DNA of 64,000 nt from Bradyrhizobium sp. (lineage in GTDB: Bacteria > Pseudomonadota > Alphaproteobacteria > Rhizobiales > Xanthobacteraceae), in the NCBI GenBank assembly GCA_052389815.1, contig JBQTHN010000005.1:112978-176977 (forward strand), read 5' to 3'. Of this stretch, positions 58,701 through 64,000 are shown one piece after another. Position numbers and translations under genes: made by a program. Positions within the stretch are counted from its first letter, which is position 1, and each line of letters starts with the position of its first letter. The notes beneath the pieces are model-generated. The model was not told where the DNA came from. It made no database searches and worked only from the letters and a program-made list of their open reading frames with translations.

Positions 58701-61700
58701 TCACTCCTCGTCGTTTGCCAGAAGCAAGCCGCGCTCGAAGTCGTGCGGAAGCGTTTAGAGAAGGAACGTCTGGCGGATCGCTTCGTCATGATCACCGACG
58801 TCAATCGCGATCGCGAGCCGACCGTCAGTGCGGTCCGTTCGCAGGTGCAAGCATTGCACAACCTGCCTCCCGGAAGGACCCCGGCCTGGAAGCGAGAACG
58901 CGAGCGACTGGCGGTGCGCATCGAGACGCTGGAGGCAGAGCTGGATCGCCGCCAAACTGCGCTTCACTCCGTGGACGATCGGACGGGATTGTCATATCGG
59001 GCGCTACTGGGCGAGCTATTGGAACTCGAAGAAGGCAGTCCGAAGCCCATCGATGTTCCTGAACTCCGACCTTTACTTTCGGATCTGCATCCCACAGACG
59101 TCGTGAGCATCGAAGAGAATTGCGGCCCATTGGCGAAATTCTGGCTGCCGGCCAAATTCGAGGACAATCCCCTTTCCGCTCTCAAGCCGTTCAACCCCGA
59201 TCGCGGAACGGCAGCCGCCCTCGCCTTGCATCTGCAAGGGTTTTTGGAGGTGGACGCACGGCGCGAAGCGACCGATGTGGAGACATCGGATTGCCTGAAA
59301 ATATCGGATTCGATGGCCTTGCAGACGTGGCTCATCGAAGCGGACGATCTGCGCTTTATTAGCGCTTCTGTATGCTCGAATCTCGCTCGATTGCGTCCGC
59401 TGTTCCGGAGCGCGGATGGCGGGGCTTCGCAAGCTATGCACGTGCTCGACGGGTTACTACAGATCAAAGAGATATTCTCGTCGCTCGACGGTCCATCCTA
59501 CAAACCGAACTTTTCCTCAAAGCTCGTCGGTTTGAACGGGGAAGAGTTGCGGTCCATCGCGGAACTCGCGGACCGAGTTCGTTCGCCGGGAAGCGGCCTA
59601 CGATGGATGAACCCGCTACATTGGATGCGAAAGCGCCGTGTGCAAGGCTTCCTTTCATCATTGCAGCTCCCGCAAGATATCCATGGAGTCAGCTCGCTTT
59701 ATTACGCGGCCGAGCTTGAGCTGGCCGTGCGCGGACCGAGACGCGAACTGGCGGAATACTTTATGATCCTTTTCGGCCGAGCCCCCAATCTTGATGTGTC
59801 GCCTGGAAAGCTCGCCGATTTCGCCGAAAGCATTCATTCGTTTCTCGCCGGACTAAGCGGTCACAATTCGCTCATCGATCGGTGTCCGAGCCTGGCCGAT
59901 CTCGAAAGAGCCGTCGCGACCGGAAGAATCGAAGAACTCGCCTCATTCTTTGAACGAGGCGATCGAGCGCTCCGAAGGCATGAGGCGAGAGAGGAAAGCC
60001 GCGCCTCGCTGAACCGGCTCAGGACCTACTTCGACGAACTCTGGCTCGGATCGAGACGCTCGGCGATAGAGAATGGACGCTCGAACGCGAGCGCCGTTGC
60101 CCAGATCGTGCAGGCCTTACCGATGCTCACCAACTACCAGGAATTCCGGCTTCGATCCGCGCGCCTCGACGACAAGGAGCGTGCCATCTTCACCATTCTC
60201 AGGTCCAGGGAATCCGAGTTGTCGAACTTACCGACTGACGACCTAGATTCCTGTATTCGCGCCACGATAGGGCGCGAGGCTCGTCTGGAATGGAAAGCGT
60301 CAATGGAATACCAAAATCCAGACGTACTGTTCGACGGCAATGAGGTCGAGACGAAGGTAAAGTCACTGGCGGAAGCCGACACGCAGATCCGGCACTACAA
60401 CAGAGAGCTTCTCGTCCAAGGTATAGATGCCGGAAAAGTGCGTCCGACATCCGAATGGGATGCGATCACAAGACTGCGCGGCCCGAGAGCACTGCGATTG
60501 CGCGAATTCATCGATCGCTCCGTTCCGCTCGGTCTCCTCGCTCTCCGCCCGGTCTGGCTGATGACGCCGGACGTCGCCAGCCGCGTGCTGCAACCTCGAG
60601 CCGGGCTCTTCGATACCGTCATTTTCGACGAGGCTTCACAGATGCCGGTGGAATATGCCCTGCCATCCCTGTTCCGGAGCAAGCTTGTCGTCGTCAGCGG
60701 CGACGAAAAGCAGATGCCACCAACCTCCTTCTTCGCGAGCAAGGTCGAAAACGACGAAGCGGCGATCTTCGACGGTGAAGAACCCGAAGAAGGGGCGACA
60801 GAAGAGGAGCGCGAGGCGTTCGCCGAGACCTGGAATCGACGTGAGATTAAGGATTGTCCCGACCTTCTTCAGCTTGCCCGTTCGGTGCTCCGGACCCGTA
60901 CTCTGCAGGTTCATTACCGATCGAAGTATCGGGAGCTCATTTCCTTCTCGAACGCATCGTTCTACGCCAATGGCCTCAGCGTCCCCGTACGCCATCCCGA
61001 AGAAACCATTCGAAAGCTCAAGCCCATCGAAGTGGTCCGTTCGGAGGGCACGTACAAGAGCCAGACGAACCAGAAGGAAGCGGCCGATGTCGTGGAATAC
61101 CTCTCCGAGCTTTGGGATGATCCTTCACCTCCATCGATCGGGGTCGTTACGTTCAACCGCAAGCAGGCCGATGCCATCGAAGATGCTTTGGAAGATCGTG
61201 CCGAGAACGATGAGGCATTTCGCGACGCATTGATGCGCGAGCGCGAGCGTACCGAGAATGGCGAGGATATGGGCTTCTTCGTCAAGAACGTGGAGAACGT
61301 GCAAGGCGACGAGCGTGACGTCATCGTCTTCTCGACGACATTCGGTCGCAACGAGCATGGCACTTTCCGCAAGAGCTTCGGCGCGCTGGGGCACGCAGGC
61401 GGCGAACGGCGCCTAAACGTCGCTGTAACGCGTGCCCGAGAGAAGGTGGTCATCGTCACGTCCATGCCGATATCAGAGATATCGGATTTATTGACGAGAC
61501 GGAGCGGTCCCAGGGTTCCACGCGACTATCTGCAAGGCTACCTCGAATATGCCAGGACCGTCTCCGATGGCTTAGGACAGTCGGGCAAGACTCTCTTGGA
61601 GAGGATGGTGACTGAACAGCATGCCCATCACGAAGAGGGCAATCACGAGGACGACGGTTTCACCAAATCCGTCGAAGCCTTCCTGGAGGCGAATGGCTGG

Positions 61701-61982
61701 AAGCCCAGCAGGGCCCGCGACGGCGGCGCATTCAGCATCGATTTTGCGGTGACCGATCCCCGGACCGGTCTCTACGCGATAGGCGTGGAATGCGATGCAC
61801 CACGCCATCGATTGCTGGAGAGGGCTCGCGCCCGCGAGATCTGGCGTCCCAAGGTGTTGGGAAGAGCCGTCCCTTACGTGCACCGGGTTTCGTCGTATGC
61901 TTGGACTCACGCCGGAGACGCTGAACGACTGCGGCTCAAGAATGCCGTAGAAAACGCGCTCCGTGGGGGAGAATTGCAATGA
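55722..61982 (+). CDS. 2086-aa fusion: Zn ribbons + kinase-like domain + DUF4011-like + SF1 helicase + C-terminal restriction-endonuclease-like domain
   Basis: CPNC and CSVC ribbons; HRDLRPS, GFGS, YMAPE; LYMGFPFL..APVLLWP..NPAL; GPPGTGKSQT, FDEASQM, VQGDERD, RLNVAVTRAR; IDFAV..GVECD. Confidence 0.88.
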   Translation: MIRLCPNCNTERPVTEIFCEGTLNGQNCGWDLSAVDITSPGAPGPRPNPPEVAPSQPTCRNGHQGSPGDLICSVCGEPIIEPGETPSPIDTEPGPEPEPEAETIVDGWRLQDRIVSSSVVRERFVATRDSDGRRGILTLYAPGSEPDQAIYDLLSKLPRDHVSELFATGRWQDRAYDVAEEFSGGTLADFAIDPVDQAAIRKLVGELAQAVHALAEAGLRHRDLRPSVIFMRSRDPLDLVIGGFGSARLSEFDLDIVSPLETTRYMAPEAIAGGVAPASDWWSVGMILLEKITQGACFEGVNEQAFLIHVLTNGVHLPENLDERIDTLLRGLLARDRRQRWQWTEVQAWLQGETVSAPAAETPGVTEGRISISLGDKQYRSANMFALAAAEAANWEQAKALVLRGAVASWASEAGFEPAMSAGLRQILRAEDLQEDLKLSISLKTLNASMPLIVRGNIVTPGWLLDHPTDGYSLITGPAPDLLRKIDPDDWLWRLKVRSDTVRKRLDQLEIAVDEDALRVHLLSTSMARLVALWEEKRRLFPDTDHAGVAALTERRLSAEEDLVILLSAMSNQFRSVAEVIEEATKEASTAGLGDFSPEKATALLARPRREIYETIDERIRNFARCGIKEADEWADQFRLDRRMSIGRALALLSVPAERWRPLPKQGYVSTILDFFAKRISGGVLRGPLTRMLIGKSARIDLTELDTSRVPAAQILDQLLGRTNRIVNVDPAAFADDDGLERRLRSLHSHALLYKRDTGIDGLYMGFPFLIMRDSRPTARPRIAPVLLWPMRVNPEVGNRGHITLGFGRERNPDTEIEHVVINPALEGIVGIPEARRWQEAANELLTHASVSVQAVMDAFSRLAQPAGNELVALPGKDVTVGSQERQLVPAAVLFHLAFMGQAVMKDLETLRGSPPTATALEAALRLNEQQVTPSSPQVKEVDRYFTADSDPSQEAAVIEARQAPGLVIEGPPGTGKSQTIVNMVADAIGTGKSLLVVCQKQAALEVVRKRLEKERLADRFVMITDVNRDREPTVSAVRSQVQALHNLPPGRTPAWKRERERLAVRIETLEAELDRRQTALHSVDDRTGLSYRALLGELLELEEGSPKPIDVPELRPLLSDLHPTDVVSIEENCGPLAKFWLPAKFEDNPLSALKPFNPDRGTAAALALHLQGFLEVDARREATDVETSDCLKISDSMALQTWLIEADDLRFISASVCSNLARLRPLFRSADGGASQAMHVLDGLLQIKEIFSSLDGPSYKPNFSSKLVGLNGEELRSIAELADRVRSPGSGLRWMNPLHWMRKRRVQGFLSSLQLPQDIHGVSSLYYAAELELAVRGPRRELAEYFMILFGRAPNLDVSPGKLADFAESIHSFLAGLSGHNSLIDRCPSLADLERAVATGRIEELASFFERGDRALRRHEAREESRASLNRLRTYFDELWLGSRRSAIENGRSNASAVAQIVQALPMLTNYQEFRLRSARLDDKERAIFTILRSRESELSNLPTDDLDSCIRATIGREARLEWKASMEYQNPDVLFDGNEVETKVKSLAEADTQIRHYNRELLVQGIDAGKVRPTSEWDAITRLRGPRALRLREFIDRSVPLGLLALRPVWLMTPDVASRVLQPRAGLFDTVIFDEASQMPVEYALPSLFRSKLVVVSGDEKQMPPTSFFASKVENDEAAIFDGEEPEEGATEEEREAFAETWNRREIKDCPDLLQLARSVLRTRTLQVHYRSKYRELISFSNASFYANGLSVPVRHPEETIRKLKPIEVVRSEGTYKSQTNQKEAADVVEYLSELWDDPSPPSIGVVTFNRKQADAIEDALEDRAENDEAFRDALMRERERTENGEDMGFFVKNVENVQGDERDVIVFSTTFGRNEHGTFRKSFGALGHAGGERRLNVAVTRAREKVVIVTSMPISEISDLLTRRSGPRVPRDYLQGYLEYARTVSDGLGQSGKTLLERMVTEQHAHHEEGNHEDDGFTKSVEAFLEANGWKPSRARDGGAFSIDFAVTDPRTGLYAIGVECDAPRHRLLERARAREIWRPKVLGRAVPYVHRVSSYAWTHAGDAERLRLKNAVENALRGGELQ

Positions 61983-63334
61983 GCGGACCCAAAGCATTCA
62001 GGATCGTTACCCGCGCCGAAATCATCGCCATCTGTCGTCGCAGTCTCGCCCGGCTCGACGCCGCGATAGAAACCTGGGCTTCCGCCGGTAGACGCAATGG
62101 GACGATCGAGCAGCAGGACATCGAAAAGGTCACAGCGCGACGGGACGAGCTTCGTCGCTTGCTCGACGCCGACCGCTTCGTCGAATTACAGAAACAAGTC
62201 GCGGGCGAGATCGCCTTCCTCCAAGCGGACTCCGAACGCCGGGTCGAAAGGGCCGCCGAAATCGTGGCCCGCTCGAAGCGCGATTTAAGACGTTCCAAAA
62301 CCGCAGCCGAGGCGTTGCTGCATAGATTGCATGTTCTGAAAGTCGATATACCCGCCGATATCCGAAGCGAGCTCAGTGGATCGACCGCATCTTCAGAGCG
62401 CCTGGAAGCGGCCATGGCCAAGGCGCTGATGTTGCTTCCTTCTCAGGAGGCACCAGATGCCACGACAGATCGGCAACGGCAGCTTGCCGCCAAGCTCAGC
62501 GCTGGGGAGCGCCGCGAAACGTTGCAAGAGTGGCTCTTCCGACAACCGCGGGAGATGGAGGATCCGGCCTTGGCGCGCGTCGATGCCCTTCTCGGCGAGC
62601 TGCGCGGGCTTGGGATCGATTCCGGCCCATTTTCGGCCCACGTTGCGGCTCTGGAAGCAGAGCCACCGGCGAGAAGATCGCTAATCGCGGATAGTCTTCT
62701 GTTGGACCTGGCTACGGCCGTCAAGGATGGCCGAGCCCGTACACGACTGGTGAACCAGCTTCGCGAGCGACGCGCTGAACTCTCGGAGATGAAGTCACCG
62801 GAGGCGGCATCGCTGCTGGCCGAAATCGATAGTGCGCTTGCGATACCTTCGGCCAGTGACGAGCAAGAACTCGTCAAGCGAGCCGACTTTCTCATTGAGG
62901 AAGAATTCAAGGCGATGGCGGCCGAAGAGCGCAGGCGTGCTGTGCTCGAGGGACTCGCCAGCCTAGGGTACGAGGTGTCCGAGGGAATGGCGACCGCTTG
63001 GGTACAGAACGGTAAGATCGTTCTGCGTAAAGCAGCCAATCCTGGCTATGGAGTGGAGCTTTCGGGCGGATCGAAATCGGATCTTCTCCAGGTTAGGGCC
63101 GTGGGCATTGGCAGTTCGGCCGAACCTCGTGATGCCAACCGTGACCGGGACATGGAAACGATTTGGTGCGGCGAGTTCGATCGGCTGAAGGGATTGGTCG
63201 CAAAAGCAGGTGGAAATGTTTCGATCGAGTCCGCTCGACCTGTTGGCCAGTTCCCTCTAAAGATCGTGTCAGATCCGGGTGCAAGCCATGAGGCGGTGGT
63301 GGTCGAAAGATCACATCGATCACTACCTTACTAG
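61979..63334 (+). CDS. Helical/coiled-coil protein with an alpha/beta C-terminus, last gene of the AAA-rSAM operon
   Basis: MSGPKAFRIVTRAE..; ATGA overlap with the helicase stop; no catalytic motif recognised. Confidence 0.8.
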   Translation: MSGPKAFRIVTRAEIIAICRRSLARLDAAIETWASAGRRNGTIEQQDIEKVTARRDELRRLLDADRFVELQKQVAGEIAFLQADSERRVERAAEIVARSKRDLRRSKTAAEALLHRLHVLKVDIPADIRSELSGSTASSERLEAAMAKALMLLPSQEAPDATTDRQRQLAAKLSAGERRETLQEWLFRQPREMEDPALARVDALLGELRGLGIDSGPFSAHVAALEAEPPARRSLIADSLLLDLATAVKDGRARTRLVNQLRERRAELSEMKSPEAASLLAEIDSALAIPSASDEQELVKRADFLIEEEFKAMAAEERRRAVLEGLASLGYEVSEGMATAWVQNGKIVLRKAANPGYGVELSGGSKSDLLQVRAVGIGSSAEPRDANRDRDMETIWCGEFDRLKGLVAKAGGNVSIESARPVGQFPLKIVSDPGASHEAVVVERSHRSLPY

Positions 63335-63486
63335 CCAGCTTTGACTAGGCCGCTGGGTCGATGGATCGCGATTCGCACAAAACTTGTGCGGGCCCGGCCA
63401 CACTGACAGCGAGGGGCTTGTCGTCGGCCGCACCAGTTTCGCACCAGAAACGACCTCATCAAAGCGTAACGAACGCGATCGAACTC

Positions 63487-63578
63487 AAACGAAAATGCAG
63501 CAAAATCAACGAAGGCGATCGATAGTCTGCCGCTCATAACGGTCTGGTTGCAGGTTCAAGCCCCGCGCAGCGCTCCAT
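63487..63578 (+). repeat. att-like site: element arm plus degenerate 3' half of tRNA(CAT), probably Ile2/Met type
   Basis: CCG-CTCATAA-CGG anticodon arm, GCAGG-TTCAAG T-arm and decayed 3' end ..CTCCA; no 5' half present. Confidence 0.75.
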
Positions 63579-63604
63579 CCAAACCCTGATACTCCTTTAC
63601 TGTG

Positions 63605-64000
63605 CTATTTCAGGCGGCATTTCTCCTTCGCCTCCTCATCATCCCGATCTATGGGGAGCTGGCAATCCAATCTGTTTGCAAGTGAGCGAAGTTTCTTATT
63701 CAGTTCGGGTAAGGACCCGGTCTTTCGTCCTGCATGGGCAGCAATGAACGCCGGATACAACGGAGCGTCAGGAACTTGGAAACCGCCGCGAGCAGGCAAC
63801 AAATACCGCGATGGATAAGGCCATTCAGGGGTGAGAATGGACAAGTACACGTCCTGTGAAACAAGACGCCGAATAAACTTCAGTGCCAACTCTTTCTTCA
63901 ATCCAGACAATCTTGCGTCGATTGCCAAGGCATCGACCCAACCAACACCGGCCTCCGGGGCAGAAACGCGAAAGCTCGGCAACGCGCGCACGGCAATTTC
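63605..64000 (-). CDS. C-terminal part of a solute-binding-fold protein, possibly thiaminase I-like; runs off the window
   Basis: WVDALAID..LALKFI..PSRYLLPAR; the frame is open to position 64000. Confidence 0.5.
   Translation of the reverse strand, partial: EIAVRALPSFRVSAPEAGVGWVDALAIDARLSGLKKELALKFIRRLVSQDVYLSILTPEWPYPSRYLLPARGGFQVPDAPLYPAFIAAHAGRKTGSLPELNKKLRSLANRLDCQLPIDRDDEEAKEKCRLK

Noticed and set aside
63331-63537. 68-aa minus-strand ORF
   Set aside because: It overlaps the att arm, has no motif and is convergent with the operon end; probably spurious.
63487-63578. Functional tRNA gene
   Set aside because: No 5' acceptor or D-arm, and the T-stem and 3' end are mismatched; only an att-type fragment.
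1-64000. Integrase, IS transposase, reverse transcriptase/retron, cas genes, rRNA
   Set aside because: No tyrosine or serine recombinase, DDE, YADD or Cas motifs were recognised in any ORF; the integrase is presumably outside the window.

Overview
The window holds most of an alphaproteobacterial (Bradyrhizobium/Nitrobacter-like) Tn4371/ICEMlSym-family integrative conjugative element plus cargo. Identifications come from motif recognition by eye; no database searches were run. 1.2-10.7 kb: intact P-type trb mating-pair operon (minus strand). 10.9-13.6 kb: an inserted RHH paralogue and a frameshifted MFS gene. 13.6-17.6 kb: traG coupling protein, MOBP relaxase and a hairpin+TATCCTG^C oriT. 18-23 kb: slt, traF, DUF2840, repA with iterons, rdfS, a +1 frameshift fseA, qseM and qseC. 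23-36 kb: leading-region genes (DUF736, DUF2493, toprim, methylase-strawberry-notch helicase, ParB-like, DUF932) preceded by conserved GNA-triloop hairpin elements. 36.6-49.5 kb: SOS and defence cargo (LexA box, SRAP, UvrD, HNH, SEC-C/TPR, SIR2, PIN, XRE-IrrE, Ubl + E2/E1 + DUF6527). Two degenerate tRNA-CAT-derived att copies (49.45 and 63.49 kb) bracket a 14-kb block. That block holds a broken TM0106 nuclease-helicase and a tightly coupled four-gene operon: ClpB-like AAA+, NrdG-like radical SAM, a 2086-aa Zn-ribbon/pseudokinase/DUF4011/SF1 helicase/nuclease, and a helical protein. This operon is the best candidate for an undescribed system. Other oddities are a microvirus scaffolding-protein-like ORF beside oriT and five inactivating lesions confined to non-transfer genes. 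No integrase, parA or traR/traI is visible in the window.
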